A stretch of 63,012 nt of DNA, the filler included, from Octopus bimaculoides (taxonomy: Eukaryota): the NCBI RefSeq assembly GCF_001194135.2. It is 6 parts of 6 records of this genome, joined end to end, with 100 filler letters (N's around TTAATTAATTAA, not from the genome) between each part and the next. Parts side by side here need not be neighbours in the genome. Positions count along the whole stretch, not along the records: positions 1 to 11,612 come from NC_069002.1; positions 11,713 to 23,224 come from NC_068994.1; 4 more parts are not named here. One strand, written 5' to 3'. The stretch's first letter is position 1, and each line of letters opens with the position of its first letter. A model generated the notes under the pieces. It worked only from the letters and a program-made list of their open reading frames with translations, made no database searches and had not been told where the DNA came from. Positions 1 through 13,691 of this stretch are shown in pieces. The translations under genes and the position numbers were made by a program.

Positions 1-812
1 ATATATATATACTTAAATGTACGAATAACACACAATTATGAGTGTGCTGAATGTGTGCATCACATACACATATGCATTCATACATGTAAGTGTATATATA
101 CGTATACCCATATCTGTATTCATACTTATATCTGTTTTCTCTCTCTGTCTCTCTCTCTCTATCTATCTATTTATATATCCATTTCTCTGTCTATCTGTCT
201 GCCTGTGTATCAATCTCCTTACCTGTGACTATATATTGTGATTTGCTTCTTAATTGCTTGAACACCTAATATTATCGTCTATTTTCCCGATTATCTCGGT
301 AAAATTACCGATTTTTCTGCACTCTAGCTTCATCTTCCCTCCTTAACACTTTCCTCCCCAACATTACAGATTGGGCACCCACGCAGCAATCACAACCAAC
401 TATTAATAACTGTAAAACTCGTGTGATTACTACTGTTTATGTGTCATCAACACCTCTACCAGCAATAACATTACAACAACTAACAGCAATATCATCTGAT
501 AACATTATAAGTACACCAATGATTACTTCATACCCTACCTTAACCTAACACTTTAACTATCATTTTACTACTGCTACTACCACTCACTACATCTATATGC
601 TTAAACTAAGGCCATTATTGCAACCAAAACAATAACCCTTGGTAGGCATCGTAAAATATACAACCAGTACAGTTATACATATTTTCGTTACGATCACAAC
701 CTTATGAACGCTACTTACGTGTGCTACTACCTGAAAGTTACACATAACAGTCTCTACTATCACTGTTTTATTGGGTTCATATTTTAGCACAAACCCAGAA
801 ATTTTAAAGGAA

Positions 813-946
813 TGGTACTTATTTAATCAAGCCCTACAGGATGAGAAGTAAGTCGACCTCGGCGGAATTTGAACTCAGAACATAAAGAATAATAAAATGC
901 CGCAAGGCATTTTTTTCGGCGTTCTAATAATTCTACCAACTCTCTC
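813..946 (-). mobile_element. tRNA-derived SINE family A, partial copy
   Basis: Contains GTCGACCTCGGCGGAATTTGAACTCAGAAC, the reverse complement of the core shared with the near full-length copy at 14850-15075. Confidence 0.75.
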
Positions 947-1259
947 CTTCTACTCTCACTTCTATATTAGCTCCACACATATGCTACCTCCACCTTTGTG
1001 ATTGTAGTGATACTGCAAAAGCGCTAAAGGTTGCGACAGTGGAGTTAGCGGCGGTGTCGGTTGTAGTTAGCAGTGGGGGTGATTCTGTTGATAGCGTTCA
1101 TATATTTGATTTGTTGGTGATATTAGTGGGGATTCTGCTCGTTTGGCTGGTGGTGAATATACCATCTGTAACTTTTGCACCTGCGGTAGTGATACCGATG
1201 ATAACGACACCAAATCAGCGTGGATCTTTTAGGATACCTTTGCTCAACATCAATCTCAG

Positions 1260-1303
<44 letters not shown>

Positions 1304-2043
1304 NNNNNNNNNNNNNNNNNNNNNNNNNNNNNNNNNNNNNNNNNNNNNNNNNNNNNNNNNNNNNNNNNNNNNNNNNNNNNNNNNNNNNNNNNNNNNNNNN
1401 NNNNNNNNNNNNNNNNNNNNNNNNNNNNNNNNNNNNNNNNNNNNNNNNNNNNNNNNNNNNNNNNNNNNNNNNNNNNNNNNNNNNNNNNNNNNNNNNNNNN
1501 NNNNNNNNNNNNNNNNNNNNNNNNNNNNNNNNNNNNNNNNNNNNNNNNNNNNNNNNNNNNNNNNNNNNNNNNNNNNNNNNNNNNNNNNNNNNNNNNNNNN
1601 NNNNNNNNNNNNNNNNNNNNNNNNNNNNNNNNNNNNNNNNNNNNNNNNNNNNNNNNNNNNNNNNNNNNNNNNNNNNNNNNNNNNNNNNNNNNNNNNNNNN
1701 NNNNNNNNNNNNNNNNNNNNNNNNNNNNNNNNNNNNNNNNNNNNNNNNNNNNNNNNNNNNNNNNNNNNNNNNNNNNNNNNNNNNNNNNNNNNNNNNNNNN
1801 NNNNNNNNNNNNNNNNNNNNNNNNNNNNNNNNNNNNNNNNNNNNNNNNNNNNNNNNNNNNNNNNNNNNNNNNNNNNNNNNNNNNNNNNNNNNNNNNNNNN
1901 NNNNNNNNNNNNNNNNNNNNNNNNNNNNNNNNNNNNNNNNNNNNNNNNNNNNNNNNNNNNNNNNNNNNNNNNNNNNNNNNNNNNNNNNNNNNNNNNNNNN
2001 NNNNNNNNNNNNNNNNNNNNNNNNNNNNNNNNNNNNNNNNNNN

Positions 2044-3445
2044 CAGTCCCGATGCTATCACCATTAGTAACACAACCAACGCCGTCACTATGTAAATCCT
2101 CTACTTCACTGAGCCTGACACCAGCCACAGGTGACACCAGCAGCACTTAAAGTACAATTACTATCTATACTGTATGTAGAAACAATACCACCCAACAACA
2201 ACACACCAAAACACCACCACTACTACGAGCGCTACCACTGTGACTGCCACACTAACATCAAGTAACTTCAACATCATCAACAGCATTAGCATTATTAACG
2301 ACAGGAAATCAACCACCACTACCACTACCGACACAACTATTGCCTACACCACCACTGCTAACAATACCATTAACATCAACACCACCACAATAATGTCACC
2401 TATACAGTGAAACTATCATCACCATTATCATCGTCATAAGCGATTTCTGCTATCATTACCAACGTCAACGTCACCACCATCAGCGTCAACTGTATCATCA
2501 ATACCAACACCACCACCACAACCACCGCCATCACCCCAAACACCACCGTCACCACCACCACCACAACCACCACCGTCACCACCACCACAACGACCACCGT
2601 CACCACCACCATCACCCCAAACACCGCCGTCACCACCACAACCACCACCGTCACCACCANNNNNNNNNNNNNNNNNNNNNNNNNNNNNNNNNNNNNNNNN
2701 NNNNNNNNNNNNNNNNNNNNNNNNNNNNNNNNNNNNNNNNNNNNNNNNNNNNNNNNNNNNNNNNNNNNNNNNNNNNNNNNNNNNNNNNNNNNNNNNNNNN
2801 NNNNNNNNNNNNNNNNNNNNNNNNNNNNNNNNNNNNNNNNNNNNNNNNNNNNNNNNNNNNNNNNNNNNNNNNNNNNNNNNNNNNNNNNNNNNNNNNNNNN
2901 NNNNNNNNNNNNNNNNNNNNNNNNNNNNNNNNNNNNNNNNNNNNNNNNNNNNNNNNNNACCAGCAGTGCTAATTACAATGAAATTATCGCAACGCTTACC
3001 ATGGATACCATTACAAACACCATCACCAGCGGCACATCCAGCATCGCCTACAACAATAACACTGTCACCACCACCAACAACAACATCACCACTACCATAA
3101 CAAACAACTCAACCAAGACCACCACCAGCACGACCGAGAACACCACCACCACAGACACCCTTACCACCACCGCAACCACCACCATCGCCACCATCACCAC
3201 CATGACCATCACAACCACCGCCATTACTCAAGAAAACAGAAACGTCGATAACGTAATGCCACCGCTGCCACTACTGCCACCACTGCCACCACCTCCGCTA
3301 CCACCAGCATAGGAAACAGCATCACCATTATCGCATGACTTCTAACAACAACACGCCAGCAACACCACCACTGCCGCCGCCAACAACGCCAACAAATGTA
3401 ACAAGAACGATAAAGACAACAACAAAAATACAACAAACAACAACA
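2044..3445. repeat. Degenerate (ACC/AAC/ACA)n trinucleotide low-complexity tract containing an assembly gap
   Basis: Runs of caccaccac and acaacaac; gives the poly-T and poly-V ORFs in the ORF track. Confidence 0.85.
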
Positions 3446-3954
3446 AGAACAACAACACTATGGAACACTATATGTCGGTTGTTTACGTCTTTGAACCGGT
3501 AGAAAGATATATAAAAGTCAATGAAATGATGTTATCTTTATTTGGCAAGGTCAAAATATTTCTTTAAGGAGACGTATTTATCGATCTTTGATCAGATGTG
3601 ATAAAATGAGATGAAGAAGGTGTGAAATAAATATTGATTTCTGATAAAGGCACAAGAACAAGTTATCTAGGTGATAGGTTTTGGCGATTCAGATAGAATT
3701 AAGCGTATAACTAACAGCTAAAAACCTAGCGATTAATTAAACGTTATTTTTTAATTCTTTTGCGCGCGGTTTTCAATATGTATGACCCTTTAACTTAATT
3801 ATTAAAATCCATGCCATTGGTCTATATCAGACGTTTCCCTTAGAAAATTTTTATTTTTAATTACGCAAACAATACTAGCCAAAACTTATTCATGACTCCT
3901 TTCTTTTACATACACATATGTGTGTCAACTCTTCGGCTGACCTGGTTAAACTGC

Positions 3955-3996
3955 ACATTGCTGATGAGATTTAATAGACAGAAACATGTGCATAGT
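3955..3996 (+). ncRNA. Decayed minimal type I hammerhead ribozyme motif
   Basis: ACATTG-CTGATGA-gatttaatagaca-GAAA-CATGT-G-CATAGT: both core boxes and palindromic ACATGT are present, but stem II is poor and the triplet reads GUG (non-cleavable). Confidence 0.35.
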
Positions 3997-4640
3997 CGTC
4001 CCTTCTCCTCAAAAGAAGATAAGACAAAATTAGACTTAATTTATCCTCAGCATGTCAATTAGCATCAAGAAAATAACTTTAAATTAATCATAACTTACCT
4101 TCTCTTTTCTGGTTGGACTAGGTGTCTTTTTTTATCCGTCTTCCAAATTAAGACAACAAACATATAAATATATATATATATATATATATANNNNNNNNNN
4201 NNNNNNNNNNNNNNNNNNNNNNNNNNNNNNNNNNNNNNNNNNNNNNNNNNNNNNNNNNNNNNNNNNNNNNNNNNNNNNNNNNNNNNNNNNNNNNNNNNNN
4301 NNNNNNNNNNNNNNNNNNNNNNNNNNNNNNNNNNNNNNNNNNNNNNNNNNNNNNNNNNNNNNNNNNNNNNNNNNNNNNNNNNNNNNNNNNNNNNNNNNNN
4401 NNNNNNNATTACAACATCGACTAATGATCATAAAATGATTATAAATTATTAACTTGAATTACTTTTATAAAAAGAATACGAAACGCATTTTATACGAAGA
4501 AATTTACGACGATTTCTACCGAAAAAGAAATATGTCTAAAATAATTTGCTGCTGAGGCCAATTTCATGTTTGCTAAATAGTGATGCAATTATATTAAAAC
4601 GCGTATTACTCGATGTATAATATAAACGTATTCCAAAATT

Positions 4641-4847
4641 GGCAAGCTTACAAAGTCGTTAGCACGTCGGGCAAAGTGCTTAGCGGCGTTCCATCCGTCT
4701 TTACGTTCTGAGGTCAAATTCCACCGAGGTCGTCAGTGCCTTGCATCCATTCGGCGTCGATAAATTGAGTTCCAGTGGAGCGCTGGAGTTGACGTAATCG
4801 ACTTAATCCCATCCTGAAATTACTATCCTTGCGCCAAAATTTCAAGC
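4641..4847 (+). mobile_element. SINE family A (tail type 2)
   Basis: Head GTCGTTAGCACGTCGGGCAAAGTGCTTAGCGG, B-box-like GAGGTCAAATTCC, tail CCTTGCGCCAAAATTTCAA. Confidence 0.8.
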
Positions 4848-5096
4848 CGATATAATCCTAGACAAAATTTTCGGAGAAATTCTCTTAATGTAATGAACCA
4901 AAAATATACGTTCTAAAATAGGTAACCAGTGAATCTTTTGGAAAATCTATTCCTTCATTAACGCCTGATCATTTATTCTAGGAAGACTTAGATTTTATAC
5001 AGTGGAATAAATATGCGTAAATAGTAAATGAATAACTGAAAATGAACTAACAATGCAACTAAATTAGATAAGTTGAATAATGATGTGTTTAACTTA

Positions 5097-5230
5097 AAGG
5101 CGAGCGAAATGCTTAGTGGTATTTTGTCTGTCTTTACGTTCTGAGTTCAAATTCCGCCATGGTCGTTTTTGCCTTTCGTCTTTTCGGAGTGATAAAATAA
5201 CTAAGAGATGAGGACTGGAGCACTGGGATT
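5097..5230 (+). mobile_element. SINE family A, partial
   Basis: GCGAAATGCTTAGTGGTATTTTGTCTGTCTTTACGTTCTGAGTTCAAATTCCGCC. Confidence 0.75.
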
Positions 5231-5254
5231 GATTAAATAAGATCAAGCTGAGCA

Positions 5255-5545
5255 CTGGGCGATAGTCTTCTACTATATATCCCCGTGCAGGGCGTTCGAT
5301 TCAATTTGGTAGGGTTGGACATTATGGAAGCCCGCCATGTTAATACATATACAGGTTCGCATGGTGTGGCGGGGGGCGCCTTTCTATGTGTTTATTCCTC
5401 TTCCTTTGATTTGTATAACGGTGCATCAAAGGAAAAGGAAAGAAGGATGTATATAAAATTAACTGTGGTGCATTTGTCCAACTAATCCCTTTCAAGTGGT
5501 GCCCCGGCATGGCCGTATTCCGATGAGTGGAACAAGTAATCGATA
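5255..5545 (+). mobile_element. SINE family B, degraded
   Basis: GTCTTCTACTATA...TTTGGTAG...GGAAGCCCG, then the tail GGTGCCCCGGCATGGCC...GAACAAGTAA; compare 56262-56562. Confidence 0.5.
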
Positions 5546-5615
5546 TAAGATACACAGCGCTGATATATAAGGAAACATAGTAGTCTTTCAATAATAGGTG
5601 TATATTGATAAATGC

Positions 5616-5655
<40 letters not shown>

Positions 5656-5665
5656 NNNNNNNNNN

Positions 5666-5700
<35 letters not shown>

Positions 5701-6087
5701 TACACACACAATATCTTAATATATGTATATAAATATGTATGTATGTATGCATACCGGTGTATTTCATTACCAGTTGCTAGTTAGTGTGATGTGTGATAGA
5801 GATATGTGATTTCATTATTTTGAGAGTGTGTAAGATGTAAAGATATGCAATTAACGAAGCTGTGGGACGAATTATTATATTAAGGAAAGAAGCTGATAAG
5901 GCCAAGTGCGTAATTAAGAAACGAGATAAGCTCCAGGTGACAACCTTTCACGGACATTTTAACACTGGAATCTAATCCTATATATTCCATACACAACCAA
6001 CATTAAAACACACATGATAAATATGCACACAGGCGCACAGGTATACATATATACACATACGCACAAATATGTACGTGATTTGTATGT

Positions 6088-6128
<41 letters not shown>

Positions 6129-6266
6129 CCCATATGCACACACATATATAATTACTTGTATAATATATATATATTTTTACGTATATATATATATATATAC
6201 GTATATATTGCATATGGATATATGTATTTGCCTGTATATATTTATGCATATGTTTGTTTCTGTAGT

Positions 6267-6440
6267 TAAGAAGCTTGCTTTGTATTCACGTTTATTAGGG
6301 TTCAATACCTCAGCACAGTACATTGTACAAATGTCTTTACCTAAATCCCCGGGTCAAACATGGCGTTGTGAGTATATTTGGTAGACAGGTGCTATGGAAG
6401 CGCATCGTAGCGTCTATTCTCGCCTAAAAATCTCTCTGTC
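6267..6440 (+). mobile_element. SINE family B head, degraded
   Basis: TTAAGAAGCTTGC...GGGTTCAAT...TTGTGAGTATATTTGGTAGACAG. Confidence 0.5.
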
Positions 6441-6567
6441 TAGTCTTCCTGGTTTTGTACACCATTTCTTTATTATTTCCTGTCTTCCTCTTCGTCTATA
6501 AGTCTACCATTGTTTCCGTCATTTGTCTGCCACCATCCTGGAGCACCACCCGGAAGTGCTTTAGTCG

Positions 6568-6693
6568 AACACATGGACCCCAGGACTTATATTTCAGGCC
6601 TAGTACCTATTACATCGGACGTGTTTGCCGAACCACCATGTTGCAGGGACGTAAACATACCAACACCGGATGTCATTAGGTGGTGAGAGACAA
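6568..6693 (-). mobile_element. SINE family B 3' half
   Basis: GACCCCAGGACTTAT...CCTAGTACCTATT...GGGACGTAAACATACCAACACCGG, reverse complement of 56360-56480. Confidence 0.7.
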
Positions 6694-7235
6694 ACGCATG
6701 CATAAAGACACATATACATTGATATATACATATGTGTGCGTTTATTTTTTTGTTTGTGTGTGTGTGTGTGTGTGTGTGGGTGTGTGTGTGTGTGTGTGTG
6801 NNNNNNNNNNNNNNNNNNNNNNNNNNNNNNNNNNNNNNNNNNNNNNNNNNNNNNNNNNNNNNNNNNNNNNNNNNNNNNNNNNNNNNNNNNNNNNNNNNNN
6901 NNNNNNNNNNNNNNNNNNNNNNNNNNNNNNNNNNNNNNNNNNNNNNNNNNNNNNNNNNNNNNNNNNNNNNNNNNNNNNNNNNNNNNNNNNNNNNNNNNNN
7001 NNNNNNNNNNNNNNNNNNNNNNNNNNNNNNNNNNNNNNNNNNNNNNNNNNNNNNNNNNNNNNNNNNNNNNNNNNNNNNNNNNNNNNNNNNNNNNNNNNNN
7101 NNNNNNNNNNNNNNNNNNNNNNNNNNNNNNNNNNNNNNNNNNNNNNNNNNNNNNNNNNNNNNNNNNNNNNNNNNNNNNNNNNNNNNNNNNNNNNNNNNNN
7201 NNNNNNNNNNNNNNNNNNNNNNNNNNNNNNNNNNN

Positions 7236-8292
7236 TAAATTTTGGAATGTATATTTTTCACGAATTCTATTTTTGAATCATTTGTTTTTTTGTTGTTTTT
7301 TTGTTTTTTTTTTACTAGTTAATTTTAGTTCATTTTTCTTTATTTTCAGATCACTAAAACGGAATGTCAAGTTAAAAAAAAAACCAGCATTTTCGACACA
7401 TCCTTCTTTTTACTTTTAATCAAGATTCTAAGGCCGCAAGATCTGCTCGAGCGTCCCATAGCTGAAAGAACCGCTCGTGATTGGTACGCCAAGTTCAAAA
7501 ATGGAAATTTTGACCTCAAAGACGCACCTCGTTCTGGCCGTCCAGTTGAGTTCGATGAAGAGCGATTAAACCAACTTTTGCACGAAAATTCTCATTAGAC
7601 GACAAGGGAACTCGATGGGAAAGTTTCAGAAGCATGGATCATGGGTTCTGCATGCTTTAAGTGACAAGAAATTCAACGATCCACAATCGCCGCTGGTTTG
7701 CTTACTCGACACCGCTCAACTCATGAACACAAGCAACGATTTCTTTACCGAATGGTTACTGGCGACGGAAAACGGATCCTGTACGTCAATATGAAGCAGC
7801 GTAAAGAATGGCTTAGCCCCGGTTAACAAGCGATACCGCACGTGAAACAAGATCTTCATACGCGTAAAAAGATGCTGTGCGTATGGTGGGACTGGGAAGT
7901 GATTATCCATTACGAATTGCTTGAACGTAACCAAACGGTCGACGTGGAACTCTATGTTCAACAGATTGAACGATTCGACACGGCTATTCAAGAGAAAAGA
8001 CCTAATTGTCAGCCTGGAGTTCTTCTGCTGAACGACAACGCCCGCCCTCATATCGCCAATATGACCAAATAAGCCACTCAAACGCATGGCTGGGAAGTGC
8101 TGCCACACCCGCCGTACTCTCCTGATTTGACACCAACAAATTTCTACCTCTTTCGATCTCTTTGGAATGCTATGCGCGGAGTTTCCTTCAATACTGATGC
8201 AGAAGTGAGAGCTTGGTTCGATCATTTTTTTCCAGTGGAAATCGGGTGATTTCTACCAACGAGGTATTGAAAATAATATTGAACTTTGGGAA
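7236..8292 (+). pseudogene. Mariner (Mos1-like, DD34D-type) transposase relic with frameshifts and stops
   Basis: Translated pieces WYAKFKNGNFDLKDAPRSGRP, WVLHAL (WVPHEL-like), MVTGDGKRILY, KKMLCVWWDWEVIIHYELL, LLLNDNARPH, HPPYSPDLTP. Confidence 0.9.
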
Positions 8293-8302
8293 NNNNNNNN
8301 NN

Positions 8303-8400
8303 TTTATCGACTCCGAAAGGATGGAAGACAAAGTCCACCTCATGAAATTTGAATTCAGAGCGTAGCAGCACACGAAATAGCGTTAAGCATTTCGCTGTCT
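8303..8400 (-). mobile_element. SINE family A fragment
   Basis: TTTATCGACTCCGAAAGGATG...GAAATTTGAATTCAGAGCGTA...TTAAGCATTTCG. Confidence 0.7.
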
Positions 8401-8429
8401 TTTCAATAATAATAATAATAATAATAATA

Positions 8430-8618
8430 ATAGAAATTGAAAAAATGTGGCACTTCAAGGCGACTACCGTACCATTGATTGTAGGATCTCTAGGAATGAT
8501 TAAAAAAGGTACTGAAACTTATTTGAAAATGATACCAGGCTTACCATCCCTACAGGAAGTACAAAAAATCGTGTTAACTAGAAATATTCATGTACTGAGA
8601 AGGGCATTATCGCTGTGA
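8430..8618 (+). mobile_element. 5'-truncated R4/Dong-like LINE (C-terminus of the restriction-like endonuclease), following (AAT)n
   Basis: EIEKMWHFKATTVPLIVGSLGMIKKGTETYLKMIPGLPSLQEVQKIVLTRNIHVLRRALSL* resembles the C-terminus encoded at 33308-33505. Confidence 0.75.
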
Positions 8619-10876
8619 AAACAACAGCCATTCATGAATCCTTTTTTTTTAAATTTTGTTTGTTAAATACATATTTTGCCTGTGAATTTGCGTGTGCAAA
8701 TTGGGAATGCATACAATGAGTTTCTCTGCCCTAGGTGTACGGAAAACATGCGGCGAGAAATGGAAGAACATTTCAAGAAAGAAGAAAAAAAACATAATAT
8801 AAATAATAATAGGGATTATGGCGAAGTAGCATTAGAATTACATTTAATTCATTGTCATGTATAAACACTGCCTCAAATAGAACTGCATCGGTCAGTAACT
8901 GTTTCAATGGCAACTTTATTATAAAACCTGTGCAGTTTCGTTATGGTTTTCACTGTAATATCCTTCGATATTTAACTGGTTAGAGTTTTAGGTTAATTTT
9001 TCTATGAATTCGACATTTGTGTGTGTAGATGAGAGGAGTGTGTATGCGTATGTGTTTGCGTGTGTATGCAAAAGATTATATGTTTTGATGGCTCGTTTCT
9101 ATTTCACAAAAATAAAAAAACACTGCATCTTAAAACAATACTTGATAGCACTCTTCATGTACGACTATCACTACGTCACACACACACAGTAGCACACACA
9201 TACACCGCTACACTACACACTGACCGCTACTACCACAACCACAACCATCCCGCTCACAAGCACATCCGTTAGTTTTCTTTTACCAGTCACATAATATATT
9301 TAACTTTAATTAATCACTCTCACCCATTCTGATTCTCCTTCCCCTCATTTGTCTCACATGCTTCCTCGCTCTCTCTCTCACTCTCTCTCTCTCTCATTCT
9401 CTCTCTCTCTCTCACTCACTCTCTCTCTCTCGCTCGCTCTCTCTCTCTTTCTCACTATCTCTCTCTCTCTCTCACTCTCTTTCTCTCTCCCCGATTGTCT
9501 CATATTTACATCTGCCAGCTCGTAAGTTACAACTAAACAGGTGGAAACTCTTTCTCCGAAATGTGTTTTCGTATATGTACGTATACACGCATGCGTGTAT
9601 ATAGTAATATATGTTTGTGTGTAAGTTGTGTGAATTTGCATGTGTTTGTGTGTTTATGTGTGTGTGACGCATATATTCACTGGCAGACAACACAATATAT
9701 TCACTGTCTTATATACGACGAAGTCTTCTATAATATATATTCAACATTAAATAGTAGTGAGGTACATACAGACTCTGTTCGGTATTTCATGTTTATGCAC
9801 CTGAAAAAAACAGAGATGCATGTGTTGTTTTATCGCTGTACGTCATAGCAAAAATGTACGATTTGTTTACGAGGTTGTATCAAAAACGTCTAGCACTAGT
9901 TATGTTTGATAAAAAATAACTTATTCACCTAAGTTTTAACATCAATATATATATATATATGTATATAATGTGGTGTTTTCGTTAACTGACATAATGTAAT
10001 AGGTATGTGTTATGAGTGCTCAGAATCGTTTAGCACGAACACTCCGGCTTAAACTGCAATAGAAAATGATGGAGTTGAGACTGCCTATCAATGGCGGCGA
10101 GAAGTGGTTTCTCCTAGAGCGGGTGAATATAGATTAAAATGAAAAATGAAAGATGAAAAATATTTAGCATCACATCACAAAAAAAGCATTTAGTTTAGAT
10201 AGAGAGTATAAACAGATAGATTGCCTTACACCTGTTTCTAGAATGGGCAAGCATGATATTGTGTAAGGATTCCATAAGGTGGTCATTCTATCATCTGAGA
10301 GGGAGAAGTCACAATATATATTGGTTTGTTCTTGTCTCTAATTATTCGCAAGAAACTTTCTTTTTTTTTTTTTTGGCGGGCACCGCCAATTGTGCAGCTC
10401 TCACTCTTATCGATAAATGTGCGAAACTGAACACTACCATTGGTTGACGATAACTAATGAAGAGTTGTGGACTTTCTGTCTGTCTTCGTTTCATGTTTAC
10501 ATTCAGTATAAGTTACGTCGTTTGTTTATAAACATTTTCATATATCAAGTAATGGAACGCAACACACCGAATTTATATAAATATATATACATATATATAG
10601 TTTAAACGTAGAACAACCAAAAGACAAAGACAGGTAAATAAACAACAAGCAAGGCTCTTTAGTCTGACGATCACGTAAAATTAAAAAGTCCAGCTTATGC
10701 TCTCCGACAGAAAGAAATGGGGAAAGTAAATGGGAGATGGAAACTGTAACAGAAAAGAAATGAATAGAGAAAAACCTGCGTCCGGATGATAGCCATCTAT
10801 CTATGTATCTATCTAAATATATGTGTGTGTGCGTTTGTGTGTGTTTGTNNNNNNNNNNNNNNNNNNNNNNNNNNTG

Positions 10877-10908
<32 letters not shown>

Positions 10909-11579
10909 CATCAAATATGTATTGCAAATTTCTATGATTTGTACGTTCCTCCCATCAACTCGGACCGAGAGACTATGGGACGCCTGCGCAACGGCGGCCA
11001 CCAGACGATATTTACAGTTTAAGCTGAAATTATTTCTCCACCATTACACTTGGGGATGCTCTAACACTTCACATGAACTCAACGCGCTTCATTATCAACA
11101 TTTAAAAGAAAAATGGACGAAAAGATGTGAGTTAAATGATAGATAAACTCTCATAAAAAAGTTCAAGGAATTCATTGTTTGTGTTGTACAACTTTCGTGA
11201 AGCAAGTTTAGTTAGTTCACCAACTTTTATTATATTCATATCATAGACCAAATATGTGTATGTTAAGTTCATATCTTATAGTAAAGACTCATATATGTTT
11301 ATCTAATGGTTTTTATATTTATTTTAGTATTTAAATTGTTAATGAGCGTTATTTATTAAGAGGCACAAGTGACGATAAGCGTAAGCCAGTTTATAATTTT
11401 GTGATATAGAACTAACTTCAGAAATATGCAAACTTCAAACATTCATACGCTTGCAAGTACACACATGTGTGCACACAGGCACACGCACAAGAGCACATGC
11501 TTATACACAGACATATACACATATCTTACTCATACACATACATTACATGCACACACATACACTCATATGTATGTGTATG

Positions 11580-11612
<33 letters not shown>

Positions 11613-12646
11613 NNNNNNNNNNNNNNNNNNNNNNNNNNNNNNNNNNNNNNNNNNNNTTAATTAATTAANNNNNNNNNNNNNNNNNNNNNNNNNNNNNNNN
11701 NNNNNNNNNNNNATATATGCATATATATGTATCTGTATGTATCTGTATGTATATATAAATATATATCTATATATGTATATGTGTGTATATATGTGTGTAA
11801 GTATGGTGTGTATACATATAATATATATATATATGTATGTATATGTATGTATATGTTTATATATATATATATTATATATGCATATATTTCTATGTATCTG
11901 TATGTATATATAAGTATATATCTATATATGTATATATGTATGTGTATATATGTATGTGACTATGGTGTGTATACATATAATACGTATATATATATAATAT
12001 ACCCATATATATACATACATACATACATACATATACACACACACACACATACATACACACGCGATTTTAGTGTCCATATTTGCCTGATTTATTTTATAAC
12101 AATGTACTCAGAATAAATGTTTAATATCGTTTCCTGAAATATTTTTGTTATCGCATTACAAATATCCTAAGACCTGTCTTAAGCATACGGAGGTCGTATA
12201 TTTTACTAAAATGTCACACTAGTTATTTCTTATATCCTTGTCTCGAGCCATAGAAATTTTCAAAAGATTAACAATGTTCATATTTTCAATACACCATTCG
12301 ATTTTATCCCACCATCTCGGTTGGTATTATACTCGTTTCCTTGCATACTTTTCAATGGCGAAGAACAGACGTTCTGAAATGTCGGTGGAGATTTTGACAG
12401 AATTAGATATATTTAATTAATATTGTGGCAAATGGCTTCCAGAAACTGGCCACTTTTACGATTCTCAAATTTAATTTATATTCAATTTAAATGTTAGTTA
12501 GTAGTTTTGACACCGTCTAGTTTGTAAAACGCTGGCCTTGATCTATGATTGATAAAAAAAATTTAGTCTCTCTTTTTAGATTGAAGTTTCCTTGCAAAAA
12601 AGATCTGAATTCTCAAAATACGATTTCTTTGTTTTAAGAATGCTTG

Positions 12647-12678
<32 letters not shown>

Positions 12679-12740
12679 GGTGGTGTTGGTGGTGGATTTG
12701 GTCATCGTTTCGTTCATACTGCAACTGTTATTGTCGCTGT

Positions 12741-13072
12741 GAAGCTGCATGGCTCAGAGATTAAAACATCGGGCTTACAATCATGAAGTAGTGAGTTCGA
12801 TTCCCGGATCGAGCTGTGTTTTGTGTTCTTGAGCAAGGCACTTTATTTCACGTTGCTTCAATTCGTTCAGCTGTAGAAATGAGTTCCGGCATCACTGGTG
12901 CCAAGCTGTATCAGCCTTTACCTTTCTCTATGATAATATCGGTGGCGTCGAGAGGAGAGACTGGTATGCATGAGTAACTGCTGGTCTTCCATAAACAACC
13001 TTGCCCGGACTTGTTCCTCGGAGGGGAACTTTCTAGGTGCAATCCCATCGTCATTTGTGATCAGAGGGAGTC
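12741..13072 (+). mobile_element. tRNA-headed SINE family D
   Basis: A-box-like TGGCTCAGAG, B-box GAGTTCGATTCC, then TTGTGTTCTTGAGCAAGGCACTT; homologous to 56939-57195. Confidence 0.75.
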
Positions 13073-13606
13073 TTTTCTTTTGTACTCCTAATCTCCACCT
13101 ATTTTTCTACTCCTCCCCTTTCTCCCCTCCACCTCTTTCTCCACTCCACCTCCTACTTCTCTATTCCTACAACTTCATCTCCTCTACTTCTCCTTCTCCT
13201 ATCCTCCTCCTCCCACTCTCCCTTACGTAGTCTTACGTCATACGAAACACTTTATAACGTAACTTCCATTTCCATTCAGTCACTTTCGATCCAGTACTGG
13301 ATGAAAGACTCAACAAGCCGTTGCCGGTTTGTCTATGCTGACTGTAATTAGGCCATCCAGTTTCATGCAGACAAATTGCCGGTCGGATAGTATACTCACA
13401 CCTATAGTCGACTGATTGACTCAAAACGCATAAAGCCAAAAGAAATAAAGGAAGGCATCTCGTCCGACGCTTTAAAAATTATTCCAGTTCACTGCTCAAA
13501 ATGGTGTTTCATTTATCCATCTCAGGAAATAAAAGTAACAGTTGATCCTAGCTTGATTGAACTCAGAGAGCAGAGTGCTGAATTTAATATTATAAAGCTG
13601 CAATAA

Positions 13607-13691
13607 GGCAGCGAGCTTGCAGAATCGTTAGCACGCCGGACGAAATGCTTAGCGGCATTTCGTTCGTCATTACGTGCTGAGTTCAAATTTC
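13607..13691 (+). mobile_element. SINE family A head
   Basis: GGCAGCGAGCTTGCAGAATCGTTAGCACGCCGGACGAAATGCTTAGCGG...GAGTTCAAATT. Confidence 0.8.

Noticed and set aside
2044-3445. Thr-rich, mucin-like ORFs (e.g. 3001-3312)
   Set aside because: Pure trinucleotide low complexity with no signal peptide, domain or splice support; similar tracts recur at 26705 and 41730.
9868-9935. Mariner-like TIR start TACGAGGTTGTATCAAAA
   Set aside because: No partner TIR or coding remnant found.
11657-11668. Recurrent TTAATTAATTAA motif (five copies)
   Set aside because: Always centred in ~100-bp N blocks; an assembly placeholder, not biology.
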